DNA of 63,075 nucleotides, counting the filler, from Choristocarpus tenellus KU-1152 (Eukaryota > Protista > Phaeophyceae): the NCBI GenBank assembly GCA_964200185.2. It is 8 parts of 8 records of this genome, joined end to end, with 100 filler letters (N's around TTAATTAATTAA, not from the genome) between each part and the next. Parts side by side here need not be neighbours in the genome. Positions count along the whole stretch, not along the records: positions 1 to 4,751 come from CAXNAD020013198.1; positions 4,852 to 17,225 come from CAXNAD020001857.1; 6 more parts are not named here. One strand, 5' to 3'. Numbering within the stretch: position 1 is the stretch's first letter; each line of letters starts with the position of its first letter. The position numbers and the translations under genes are program-made. A model generated the notes under the pieces. It was given only the letters and a program-made list of their open reading frames with translations, was not told the origin of the DNA and ran no database searches. Positions 1 to 12,817 of the stretch are shown in pieces.

Positions 1-103
1 GCATAACGTGAAACCTGTTTTGTCCCGCCTCTATCTGCTGATGCTTCCAAACTTAGTCCTTCCCCCCCCGCCTGCCTACTTCTTCATTCTCCACACGCTC
101 AAG

Positions 104-250
104 ATATGTTAACCACAGCAAACAGGCACCAAACCTGGAGCTCGTGGCGATGCCTGTGAAGGGTGGGGAGACGGGGACAACAGAGGTGGGTATGGCGACT
201 ATCCGTCATGTTCGGGAAGGAGAAGAACTGACATTTGACTATGGTGACAG
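104..250 (+). CDS. Internal exon of a SET-domain lysine methyltransferase (C-terminal SET motifs, PR-Set7/SETD8-like)
   Basis: Pyrimidine tract and CAAG acceptor at 103, GTAGGT donor at 251. Translates (R)YVNHSKQAPNLELVAMPVKGGETGTTEVGMATIRHVREGEELTFDYGD(R), with the SET signatures NHSxxPN and ELxFDY. Confidence 0.85.
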
Positions 251-570
251 GTAGGTGAAATTTCAACATGGCAAGCCCTGCCCCAGCTGTATTGAAAAGA
301 GTTTGAGTTAGTCGAATTTGATGTAGACATTCCGGTTACAGGATGTGAGACTTGTCAAGAGTATGAGACATATTGAAAGGGAGCCCTTGCGATTGAGCCT
401 GACTTGGTCCGCTAAATATCCTACGTCATGTTAGAGTTACCTCCTGCGAAGGAGTGTGAGAAGAGCCAGTCATTCACCATTCGTTCCTCCCTCGCCACGG
501 AGTCTCTTTTCCATGTTTGGAGGAGTAAGACATTGAAAATTGAATTGTGCTTCAGGATATATTTGGTCAC

Positions 571-850
571 GCACATGAACGGAGCCAAATCAAGTAAGAG
601 GTAGGCAGGGTTTACTTTTAAGAAACCCCAGAAAAGTAAAAAAAAAAATCTACTTTGTATAATTGCAGAAAGAGCTTTTGCTGAATTGGGATGTCTCTTT
701 GTGGGTGGAAAGGGGGAAGATCAATTTTGAATACACTATGGTGCACACATGGCCATGAAATAGAGTATATTGCACAGGGTAAGGAAGATAACTTAGAATG
801 CGAAGGGGTCCAAACCTGCCTACCTCTCAATTGGTTTGGTTCATGGTGCA
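571..850. repeat. Imperfect terminal inverted repeats around a ~200-bp AT-rich core (MITE-like)
   Basis: 571-613 GCACATGAAC..CCAAAT..AGAGGTAGGCAGGGTTT versus the reverse complement of 811-849, GCACCATGAACCAAACCAATTGAGAGGTAGGCAGGTTTG. Confidence 0.5.
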
Positions 851-1049
851 AACACTCTTAATAGATATTGGCAACATTTGTTCTCCAGACCTAAGAGGGT
901 TGGGTTGATATTGTTACTGTCCGATGGCTACTTTTTTGGGGGGGGAAATGTTCAGTGCTTCCACAGTGTCAAACTTAAGTACTCCGGAATACTCAAGTTT
1001 TTTTGTAGGAGATAGGCTCTGCCAATCGCTGTAAGTACATATTTTATCA

Positions 1050-3750
1050 AGAAACATCAAATACCTGCAATGTGCATGCCCTTGTGAGTAACGCGGTTTG
1101 TATTTACATAACTTGGAGTAGCACTGAAACAGTCTTTGAACATAGTCCAGACTGTTTTAGAATGTGCGAATGCCATTGGGCTTTGTCCAATAGGCTAACC
1201 TGGGGTTTGTTTAGTCTTGCGAATAGTTGAAAGAATATGTCTGTATATGCCTCGTAAGCAATGGGTGTAGCCAAAGCTGAGAACATGATTCGGCCATGTA
1301 TTTCGGGAAAGTGTTGATCACAGTAGTAGTAGTAGTAGTACAGGAAACATTACTTTGGCAACCTCTAGCAAGAGTGTTAGTCACTAGAGTAACGTGTGGG
1401 GCACTTCTGCACGGGTCAGGGACTCCGGGAATTTTTTCTCCTCTATGCATTTTCTGCTTTTTGGAAGATGTGTATCCGATGGGGGGGGTTCTTCATTATA
1501 GAAATGCGAATTGTTCTTATGTGTGGTTCAGCTCTCTACACGCCATTCCAGATGGAACACAGAATTATTTGACCATATTTAGGCATGTCAAGGAAAGGAC
1601 TCTGCTCTTCTTGAAGAACCATGCACAGGTCCTGTGTGCTGCCATCGTTTGCTTTCGTGTGGAACAGTCCTGGAGGAAGAGCTCATGCTTTGAATACCTA
1701 CCTGAAGTCTGAACCCAAACCCTCTAGTGTGCTGTGCTCTATGGTGTATATGATATTTTCCCTACTCAGATCATTATCTATACATAAATGTGTGTGTGTG
1801 TGTGTTTTGGTATATGCAATCGTACAACTTATGTGTCATACTGCTGCAAGGGACACTTCGTATATATTTACAGCATGACATATATGCCCTTCCATCAATG
1901 TATGTTATCCTTCTCATTCAAATCTCGTAGCACCTTATGCTTGACACGCTCTTGGTACATACATTCTCCGAAATTGTTCCCAACTGCTAGAATTGAAATT
2001 CCTCACTTGCTAACAGGAATAAATGTCCTAGGAAAAAATTTCTGAAGGGACTACATCTTTAACACTGCCCCATATCTTGGCTGTTGAAGGTACTTCGAGG
2101 AAGTGGAAGAGGGTGACGTAATTGAAGACGGCTTGGACATGCAGGATCTCCTTTCGGGAGTGGACTGGGGAGGTAGTGGCCTCTCCTTTTAGCTTACAAG
2201 ATAATCAATTTTTTCTTTCATCTTCCAGTCTTAGCTCCTTGTGCTGGGTCTGAATCCTTGTTCTAGCAATAATTGCAATCCTCTGCCTAAATGTTTATTT
2301 CTCTTTGGTGGTAGAAGTTTTTGTTGTACTGGAATCCCTCTTCTTGTATTTGACAAACACATTGACTAGTTATTGAGTGGAGTTCTTTGGATAACCCACC
2401 ATTTTCAGGCGGGCCCCGGAAATCATGCTCGACTGGAGCAGTAGTGTATGTTGGACTGGAGGTAGGTGAGGTGCAAAGTGCGGTTCTATTTAGAAGAAAA
2501 GGGGCAATATTGTATTTGCTCAAGTATGATGTAACAAGATAAATTGAGGGGATCTGCCCATTGGTAAAGTGTGATTTCATCTCCTTTTGCCGGCAGTTAC
2601 AGGTTGCTGCCAATTACAAGGATTGTCTATCTCCATTGGGATGGAGATTCCATGTTGTAGGGGGCATCACATCTCTTGCACAAACTTACTGAGTACACTT
2701 CAGAGGCACAGACTGAATTAGCCCCCAAACATGCATGTTGATAGGAAAGCATTTGCATTGTAGTTGCCAGGGTGGGTTTGGGGATTGCAGGTGGATGCTC
2801 TAATATGTGGAGTGCAGTGTGCCTGTTTTTTTCTAGAGAGCTGGTGACTCCTATTGCTTGTAGCCATTGTGACTAACCAACTGAGAGACCTTGTCGTAAA
2901 CACTAAGGGGTATGCAGGCATTTGCGTATGATGCGTACCTTGGTATTTCCTCCGTTTGGAATTAAACGTAGCATAAGCTTTGCAAGCTCTGTTCTCACCT
3001 GGGAATGATCCACGTGATAAATCATCTGAACAAGGCTTACTTCACATGTATGTTGGCATGTGTGTAGGCTTTGAGATGGTGAGCTGTCATGACTGTGGAG
3101 AATCACCAGTGCAAATTCAACCAAGTCGTGTTTGACAGGGTTCAAGAACCTCATGAAACTGTCAAGACTGGTGTTTATTGGGATGCCTAGGACAAAGGCT
3201 CCCTGTCATTTGAGCGGCTCACTCATCCCTTCATTGCCCGTCAGTCCTAATTCTCCAGACCACAAGTTTGTCTGGGGTCAGGACTCACACCCCAACGAAG
3301 AACAGTGTGTTGGTGTGCAATGCTGAGAAGTGAGAGGGCTCGACACTCAATGCCTCGGGGGGCGGTGACGGCCATCCTGGAGGGCTTTAGATTTCCTGAA
3401 TCACCATGTTCTGTCATCTGAAGGAGTATGACAGCCAGATCGCATGGAGTGAGTGCATGGACCTTGTACGACTTCGCAAGGGGTGATGTGACCGCTGTAG
3501 AAGTATCCTCAACATTTGGGATGTGCATCCTTCCGTAAGTGGGCAGCCAAAGCTGGAGTCTCCCTTGCCTTGTTGTGGGATCTGTGCAAGTGTGAGAAGG
3601 TGAAGAAGGCTAAGCAGTGGATTAAACCAGACCTCTCAGACCAGCAGAAAGTCAACAGGTTGGGTTTCGTGAAGTGAGATATTAGTGGAGGATCTATATG
3701 ACCAGGTGCATGTGGATAAGTTGTGTACCTGGGCCCCACTGAAGACAAAA
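1050..3750 (-). pseudogene. Possible heavily decayed LINE (non-LTR retrotransposon) ORF2
   Basis: Scattered motif ghosts in the expected order on the minus strand: YTTYP..HID (APE-like, ~3720), VLQEEQ (~1610), GVPDP (~1420), AYTD (~1245). Many stops and frameshifts. Confidence 0.3.
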
Positions 3751-3754
3751 CCAA

Positions 3755-4400
3755 CCTCCCACGGGTACAGAATAAGTGTTACATCACGAAAGTGATGTTC
3801 CTAGGAACCTCTCCAACAGGATGAGGTTTAAAGGGAAAATTGCGATATGGTCAATCGTAGACACTAAGGTTGCTCAGCGCTCCAGCAAACATCGCCCCAA
3901 GGGGACCGAGGTGCTTGTGCTAGCCACAGTGAACGGGGAGAGATAAAAGAAGCTCATGATCAAGGATTTCATCCTGGCAATCAAGGCCCGCATGCCTAGG
4001 CCGGAAGGATCCACCGCTGTTGTGCAGAATGACAGGGCAAAGCCACACAAAAATGGGGGCATAGAGGCAATCAAGGAGGCGGCAGGGTACAACATTGTCT
4101 TAAAGACCCAGTCAGCCTACTCACCTGACCTCAACCTCAATGAACTGGGATTCTTCATTCCATCCAGCAGCTGAAGGAGGATGTGGGTAACCAATACAGA
4201 GAAGCTGGTGGCCACAATGGAAGCGTCTGATGGGTACCACCGGGAGACACTAGTGCGCATCTGACAGAGCTTCTTTGCAGTGTACGGTGAAGTGCTGGGG
4301 TTGAAAGGTGACAATGCCGTCAAATTCTACATCTTAGCAAGGAATAGGCTGATAAGGCGGGCAAGCTCCCCCAAATGCCCAGTGGATGCAGCGAAATACT
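3755..4400 (+). mobile_element. Tc1/mariner (DD39D, plant/oomycete type) transposase pseudogene, catalytic half
   Basis: YITKVMFL..., FKGKIAIW..VAQRSSKHRPKGT, VVQNDRAKPH and QSAYSPDLNLNELGFF match the DD39D motifs KVMFL/GKIGIW/QQDNARPH/QPPNSPDLNVLDLGFF. Contains an in-frame TAA (3944) and frameshifts. Confidence 0.85.
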
Positions 4401-4731
4401 GTGCGGGAATGGAGTTAGGAGGGCTTCAGGGACGGAATCATAGATTGGTCTAGGCTGCCTGATTTTGCTTGAGATTTCGGTGGGCAACCTTTAAGTGTCT
4501 GCACAGTACACCCATAAAATGTGAACATGTGAAAAAGAAAAACTTTCTTCATTGGGATTGGAATAGCTGAACGGAATAAAAACTTAAGAGAAAACGTTTT
4601 GTAGGAGGCTTTTTTCAATTTTGTTTGAAACAAAATTCGTTTTTTACATACGATACACTTCACTTCACCGTTAGCAAAGCCTGCACAATCTATTCACGCT
4701 GTGTGGTGCATTGGAAAAATAAGGATCGTGA

Positions 4732-4751
4732 GACCCAAAGTATCTGGGGGG
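4732..4751 (+). mobile_element. Truncated TIR of the G-rich Sola2-type MITE variant at a contig end
   Basis: GACCCAAAGTATCTGGGGGG runs into the gap. Same terminus as 20416-20437 and 62007. Confidence 0.6.
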
Positions 4752-4851
4752 NNNNNNNNNNNNNNNNNNNNNNNNNNNNNNNNNNNNNNNNNNNNTTAAT
4801 TAATTAANNNNNNNNNNNNNNNNNNNNNNNNNNNNNNNNNNNNNNNNNNNN
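4752..4851. other. Artificial contig spacer (N44-TTAATTAATTAA-N44); also at 17226-17325, 20438-20537, 26483-26582, 29237-29336, 46513-46612, 56415-56514
   Basis: The identical 100-bp layout occurs seven times. The 12-mer puts stop codons in all six frames, as in pseudomolecule linkers. Confidence 0.97.
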
Positions 4852-5127
4852 AAACAAAGATGTTATAAGATTTGTGTGGTTTACGGATTTCTTCCTTGCT
4901 CTAGGAGCATTTTGTCCGCCCGCCCCCCCCCCCCCCCCCCCAAAAAAAAAAGGGAATAATCTGATGGAGTTGTTTGTAAGTTCTTGCATGGGTTAACGTG
5001 CTACAGCTAGCTGTGTGATTGTTTGAACCTGTTTATTATTGCTTGAAGGCTATGTATGTATCTACTTAGATACTTAAGTGTTGTGTATTATGTATTGTGT
5101 AGGCATAGGTTCTGGTGCAAGTTTTCT

Positions 5128-5142
5128 TTATTATTATTATTA

Positions 5143-5191
<49 letters not shown>
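5128..5191. repeat. (TTA)n microsatellite; further degenerate TTA/CTA/TTG tract at 5330-5505
   Basis: Read directly. Confidence 0.95.
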
Positions 5192-5192
<1 letters not shown>

Positions 5193-5550
5193 TTTCCCCC
5201 CCTCCCACCACTCGCTCTATCCCTCTCCCCTTTTGACTTTCCTGTTTTTGATATCCCTTGTTGTTAGTGAGGAAAGTATGCTCTGTACCAATCAGATGTT
5301 ACCCTTTCACCGTGGTCTTTGTTTTGTTTGTTATTATTATTATTATTACTACTGTTATTATTACTACTATTACTATTGTTGTTACTACTATGATTATTTT
5401 TATTTGCTATTTTTTCTACTGTTGTTATTGTAACTATTATAACTATTATTATTGTTATTATTGCAGTCAATATATCATATGCTCACGCTATTGTTATTGT
5501 TATTTTGTGTGTTACCGCTGCATGTCTTTTTAAAAATAAATGAAAAACAG

Positions 5551-8500
5551 CCTACAGATGAACACAAGGTGGATGACGGCAGTGGAAAGCTTGAGATATG
5601 GAGGGTCGAGAACTTTGCCCTGGCGCCCTGGCCAGAGGTGTGCTGTGTATGTGTGTGTGTTATGTGTGTTACGTGTGTTATGTGTGTTTGTCAAACTATG
5701 TACACCTTTTATGTTTTGGTTTTCTGCTTGAGGTACAAGGGAGGCAAAGCATAGCATACACTCAAATGCCATGTATTTATGTATGTATGTATGTATGTAT
5801 GTATGTATGTATGTATGTATGTATGTATGTGCGTTTATCATAAACCTTAAGCCTTTTTGGTCAGAGTGTTTTGAGACCTAAGTTGAGGGGTTGATGTAGA
5901 TCCTCCTGTCACATTCCAATTCCCATTCCAGTTCTTCTCCTATTCCATTTCAAATCTCAGCTTGTGCACCTCATCCACTACTGTCAGACTCCTTCGCCCA
6001 CATTTACAGTACAGTCTACAGTGTCCCACCCTGTCCACCCCCTCCCCCCCCTTCCCCTACTCCTTGTACACGCGTCCGTCCATCCGACCGCCCATATCTG
6101 TGCTATTTCTTACCCTCTTTTATGTCCTACGTATTGTGTGTATAATATACACACAATACATACATGTATATAATATTTTTTTTCCAGGAAAATTACGGGG
6201 AGTTGTATGGAGGCGATAGCTACGTGATGCTGTACACCTACTTTGTGGGAGATAAGGAGATGTACCTGATCTACTTCTGGCAGGCACGATCTCATCCCTA
6301 CGGAGTGTTGGCACTTAGATATAGTTGAATATAGTTGATTGCAGTTGATTGTAACCTTTGCAAGTGGAACAATTGGAAGACCTTGGTAGTGGTGGTGCAG
6401 GGTAGGTATTGTTTCTATTGAACTACAACAAGGTGTTTTGAAATAGATGTATATGGACGCACCTTTTGTAGATGTGTTAACCTAGATCTCTCTGGAGTTG
6501 ACGTGAAGTAGGTGGTGTGATTGTTCAGCTCTGTGTGCAGTCTTGGTGGTGTGTACACTGTTAGACTTCATCGTCAACAGTGCAATGCAAGGCAGAGACG
6601 ATCATTTCGTTGTGTGTCAGTTGTGTTTTGTGCTAAGAATGAATGATCAACTACCAGCAGGTGGCTTGCGCGCTTCACTTTATTTTTTTTTGTATTGTAT
6701 TCCTCACGGCAGTACTGGTAGTGATTGTAGTGGTACTTGTTTGACATCCCTAACCCTAACTTTGTGATTTGTTTGCCAACTGTCATGGCGGTATTATACA
6801 TACAGTGTACTATTGTACTTAGCAAAAAAAAAATCTCAGCATCCTCGGAAGATTGAATATTGAGGATTGACGAATGATCGGTATTTGCCTGCAGCCCTTG
6901 AATCGATATGTTGTCTTCCTGCATCCAACGACCATCACATTTACCCTTTTACTTACCATTTTGTATGACTTCATTATATTTTATGCCACATTGTCTAGTC
7001 CTCCCGACCCATCCCCCCACCCTTCTGCCGATGGTGCGATATATGCATTCTTTGGGAGTACAACCAGAGTATGTAACACGCAATTTAATACATTTTTTTG
7101 TGGTAATAATGTCTTCTGAATGAGCTTATCGCATGGCAGTATTGATAGATGATGTGTGTGTGTGTGTGTGTGTGTGTGTGAGTGTGTGAGTGTGTGAGTG
7201 AGTGAGGGAGTGAGTGAGATTGTCATCCTCTTTTGATTTGATTTTGTCCTCTACATGTTACCTGATGCTCTTTGTAGTTGTTGTTCTGGCAGTTGGTTGC
7301 TTTAACCGAAAGATGATGTGTGTTGGTTTTTTTTTTCTTTTGATTTGCTTTGGTTGTGGTTTGAATTGTCAGCTGCTTCCCACCGCTGCTGTTGTTGGTT
7401 GTTGTTTTTGAAGGGTCGGGATACATCTAGTGATGAGAAGGGGGCCAGTGCCATTCTCGCCAAGGAGATGGATGACGGCCTCAATGGTGCCGCCACTCAG
7501 GTGATGAGATGAGGAGTGTTGAGTTGTATTGGTAGTGGTACGATGGCGTTGTTATTTTCAGAGTATTGTTGTGAAGTGATGCTATCGAGTATGGTTGTGA
7601 GGTAGTGTGCACCCAATTATTATTATTATTATTATTATTGTTCATTCTGTATTGTTGGTTGTGTTTTTGTCATCTTTAAAATTATTTTTGTTTTTTTATT
7701 TTTGTTTTTATTTTTCTTATTCTTTATTTTGAGTTTGAGGGGTCTCAGAAATGTGGTCTAAGGTTGTAATGTTCGAAGAAGGCATTACACGCTGGGAAAG
7801 TATACAGATTCTAAAGGAAGAAGTAGATTAAAAAAATCAAAATATGAAAGAAAAGAGAGAGAGAGAGAGAGAGAGAGAGGAAGAGTGCAGTTTACCTTTT
7901 TTTTATGATAGAAGTATGGTGTTGCATACTTGGAAGCATGTCTTTATATTTGAATATCACACATCTTTTGTATGCATGTTTTGAAAACCACCTTTGGCTC
8001 GGTAATCCTTTTTTATTATTTGATATTATTATTGTTATTATTACTGTGGAGTTATCTTCTATTTTTGTTATTTGAAACGAGCAGGCGCTTTATTTTTAAA
8101 GAAGAGAATGAAAATTATGAAACATAAGATGGAAAACAATATATATATGTGTTCTCTTAATTCCCTGGATCAAATCCATTAGGGTTAAGGTTAGAAAATA
8201 CTATGCCATACTTGTTGAAAGTATTGATATATTTTCTAGGGTCCTGATTTGCGAATTCTCCAATTGTTGTATATATTTTTTCAAACAGCCACACACGCAT
8301 AATTCTCTAAGAACCCTCAAGTTCACCCGAGAGAGGTATGAATGAATGAAAATATATTATTGAAAAGAGTACCCCAACCGTCCTGAGTATCTTCCAATCA
8401 CCAACACCACCACCAACCCGACCACCACTAACCCTGACCCTAACCCTAACCCTAACCCTCTTGGTCTATCGCCAGGTGCGAGTGGCTCAGGGGAAGGAGC

Positions 8501-10122
8501 CCAAGCACATGAGGAGCTTGTTTGGAGGTAGGTTGGTGGTGCACATGGGTGGTGAGGCGTCTGGCTTTAATAACTCGGAGGAGAAGAACTCCTACGACGT
8601 TGATGGTGTCAGCCTGTATCATGTCAAGGGGACTCAGCCTGATAACACCTACGGAATGCAGGTATAAGGTATAGGGTGTAGGGTGTAAGGTATAGGTGTA
8701 TAAGGGCAAAATATGTATGTGTGTATGTACATGTGGTAGAGCGTAGATAACAATCAGTAGTATATTACTCTTTAAATTTGGCAATATATTTTTGTTTTTA
8801 TTGTATTTGATGTTGGTTGTGTAAGCGTCCCATGTATTCTTGTTTGTAAGAGGCGTGCGTAGCAGCCATGTGTGTATTTAAAAAAAACAACTTGTCTGTG
8901 TGATTTAAATACATATACGTAAGTGAGTCTGCGTGTGATTTTGAAAAACATCCCGTGACACATTTAAGATAGAGAAAATATTTATTAAGATCAAAATATA
9001 TTTTTGGATATTTTTGGTGGTGTAAAGTTGAGTGTGTGTGTCCTTGGTAGTGAAGGAGGTGGTTGTGGGAGTTCTTATATATACGAATGGTGTTTATCTC
9101 CCTGATCTGTTTTTTTTTTTTAAGCTGGAGTTGGTTATTGGGTTGGTTGCTTGGCCAGGTGTTTTTTTTTCTCCATTGGTGTTAGTTTAACTGTTCTTTT
9201 TTTTATGTGTGACCCTTACTGAGGTCACATTTTAAAAAGCATGGTAAGATCTTTTGCATACATGCATATATTTAAAAATGTACATATCTATCTAAATTTT
9301 AAAGAGAATGTTTTTGAACGTGCCAGGTGCTGCGGAGGACCCTCACCGTGTATTGCATTTCTGTCTTTAGAGGTTATAGATCCTTAGGGGGTGTAGGGTT
9401 GTAGGGCACTGTAAGGATTTTATTTCAACGCTCTTAGGGAATTATTATTCTGATACAGTGTTGGCCTTTTTTTGTAGGGGGGGAAGGACAAATGCACTAT
9501 GCACTTATGGGAGGTCTTTTTTACTGGAGTTTTCTTCTACCCACAGAAAGGTTGCTCTTGATTGGTGCCTTGGGCAGGTGTGTTTGTAGATGTGTAGGTA
9601 AGTTTGCTTTTGTCCTCCATTGTGTTATCCAGTGTTTCTGGTCCACTTTTGTCCTTGATGGAGGTGTTACCCACATCAATTTCCCTACAGGTGGAAATAG
9701 AGTGTTTCAGTAGAGAAGCTTTGTGGGTAACACTTTCATCTAGGACAAGGGTGGATGAGAAAGGCTGGATAATGTGATGGAAGATGACTTCACCACTTTA
9801 GTTTTCAAAATGTTGCCTTTGTTCTGATAGCAACTACTGATTACCGGGCTCTTTGTAGTAGGTTGAAGGTGAAGAGCGTCATGGTTGTTAACAACTGTTG
9901 AAACCATTTTAACACTGGAGTGTGATGGTTTTTGTGTGTGTATATATATATTTATGTTATGAGGGTGTTTATACCATGGTGGGGGGATTGAATAGGTGAG
10001 TAAGTTGTTTGGGGTGGAAATATGACTATTAATTAAGGTTGTAAAACTGGTTACGTTGTTGGCAAGATACCTATTTCAATGCATTGTTTTTAGTGTTCAC
10101 TTGTCATTAAATGCCCCCTTGT

Positions 10123-10166
<44 letters not shown>

Positions 10167-12786
10167 TTTTTTTCTACCACTGCTGGTGATGGTGATGGTA
10201 TTATTTTCAATTATTTTGACATGTTGACTCTTTGTGATCTAAAAATAGGTTCAAGAGATGGCCTCCAACCTCAACTCGGGGGACTGTTTTGTGCTGATGA
10301 CCCCTGCCATGGGGTACGTCTGGGTGGGAAGGCACTGTAGCTCTGAAGAGTCAACTGTGGCCGAGAGCATTGCCGAGGTATGTATGTCCCCCGCCCCTCT
10401 CCCCTTCGCCTCCCTTATCATGATTGTGAGTTGAAGGTTCTCTGTCAGGGTGCAGTGCTATTTTACATTCTGTCCCTCTAGTGTATTCAATGCTTGTGTG
10501 TCCATCTTTATCATGAAAGTTGAGTTTGAGGGTGTGGAGTGGAGTGTGTTCGCTGCACCTAGGCGTTCTGCCGCAAATGCAATTGTTGTTATTGGAACTC
10601 CCTCGTCTCCTTCATTGCTCAAAAGAGTCTATCCTCCCACCAATGAATCTTCTCGTCTTGTGGACCCTCGATCAAGTCCCTTTCATATTTTCTTTTGTTC
10701 CCCCCCCCTCCCCCCCCCTCCCCCTCCCTCTGCGCTGCTGTCCCTGCTCCACTTGCTTATCTACCAATATGATGCTCCGCCCGACATTTGCCACAAAAGA
10801 TGCTTACATCCCACCACCCAGTTGAGGGTCGTACCGTGAGCACGGTGCGAGAAGGAGAAGAGTCAGAGGAGTTCTGGGCCGCTCTGGGTGGTCAGGCAGA
10901 CTACCCAGATTCTGTTCCCGGCCCTGCTGCTGTGCAGGAACCACGTCTGTTCCAGGTGGGGAAGGGGGGAGGGGGGGGAGGAAAGGTAGAGTGTGCTTCA
11001 ACTTTCTTTTTTAATTGCATTGCATGTAAGTTGCGCGTATCTGTCAACAATAGTTTTTGTCTGTTGTGTGTTAGTACGTGTTGTTGGTGTGTCATTGGAT
11101 GGGTGGATGGATTGGTGTGTGAGAGTGTTTGGTCGTATTAAGTACATCAAAATATGTATGTTTGCAGTTTAGTCAGGGGTACTACTGTCTTTGTGACGGG
11201 CATTCTCGTAGCTTATTGGTTTGGATATGCAAACACGCCTGCAGAGGTGTGTGCCTGGGTTTGAACCCATGGCCGTTGCCAGATTTGGGGATGGATCGCT
11301 GATGGATCTATGGGCCCTACTCTTGGTGGACACTTCTTTCAGCTGGTGTAACAGTACATAGTAGTAGCTCGTGACCATGGGAAAAATATAATGTCTTGGA
11401 TGATCCATAGTGTGCTGCTACTTCTAGGAATTTCTGTGTGATGGTAGGGTTGTGGGAAGGCTTTTAAACTGGTAGAAGTGCTGCTTGTCTGTAGGGGTAT
11501 GTATGGTCGCGATGGTGCGTTGCTTTTTTTTGTTGGTAACAGAATGTGTATTAAGAGTAACAGAATGTGTATTAAGAGTAACAGAATGTGTATTAAGAGT
11601 AACAGAATGTGGATTAAGAGTAATAAATTTTGAGTTTTCGGAACTTGTGGTGTCAGTAATTTTGTGTTTGTATTTAAAATAAAAACTGATACGAAGGAGT
11701 GTACTCTTTGAGGGTATATCCCTTTTTTTTATTTTTCAACAAGTATTATATTTTTAATATTTTTTCATGTCTGCTTTTTTGTTTGAGATGATGATGTCAC
11801 CGCTTCTTTTTATTTTGCAGGTTTCCAATGTCACGGGCGTGTTGTCTGTAGAGCCGGTGTACAACTTTGATCAGACTGATCTGTGTGTGGATGACATCAT
11901 GCTGCTCGACACGTATGTCACGGTCTATATTTGGGTGGGCACATCATCCAATAAGACAGAGCAGGAAGAGGTGGGGCTTTAAGAAAATCAAGAATTTGTG
12001 TGTGTGTGTGTGTGTTGTGATGCTGTGGTAAGACCAGCTAAGAGGTGTGCACCACTTGAAATAATCAGAAAAATGATTATTATGTTGTGGTTTTATGTTT
12101 TTAAAGAGGATTTATCATTTTTGTTATTTTTTACTGTAGGGTATACTTTTAACTTTGAACCCAGCGTTGGACTGTGTCTGGACTATCTTCTTTATTTTAT
12201 TTTATTTTAAGAGTGACTTTTCCAGTCACTGTTTCGATCACAAGAGGTCTCTTTTGAATGTTGTGAACAATCACAAATACCTGTAGTACTCTGTACATGG
12301 ATATCTCTCAGAGTAGTAGTGGTGCTCTTGAGATCAAGGTCATTAGCTAGGATAGCTTGTCCTGGCATGTGTAAGATGAATCTCACTATGTTATTATTAT
12401 TATATTCATTTTTAGTAGTGGTGGTACCATTGTTGACATGTTAACAAAGAACAAAATAAAAAGAAACATAATTTCCTTACTTTTTCCTCTTTAATTTTTT
12501 TTTGTTTTAATCCAACATATATATATATATATTTTATACAATAAAAAAAGGCCATGCTAGTCGCTCAGCAGTACATCAGCACTGCAACCGATGGGCGCCA
12601 CCTGGACACACCTATTGTACGGGTGACTGCTGGGAATGAGCCTACCCTCTTCACTCAGCATTTCCTTGCTTGGGACCCTGAGCTGTTGGACAAGAACATC
12701 TTTGTTGACCCTTACGAAGCTAAGCTGGCAGCTGCAAGAGAAGAGGAGGTGAGGACTACTGTACAAATGGTAGCAGGAATGTTTTT

Positions 12787-12817
<31 letters not shown>

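Noticed and set aside
4796-4807. Recurrent TTAATTAATTAA palindrome
   Set aside because: Always centred in 88 Ns; it is an artificial six-frame-stop linker.
5056-5533. Poly-Leu/Tyr/Ile ORFs, and poly-Pro ORFs at 15220-15891 and 45488-45964
   Set aside because: Translations of microsatellites and homopolymers.
11250-11320. B-box-like GGTTCAAACCC (minus strand; also GGTTCGATGCC at 50364) suggesting tRNA or SINE
   Set aside because: No cloverleaf or convincing A box could be drawn.
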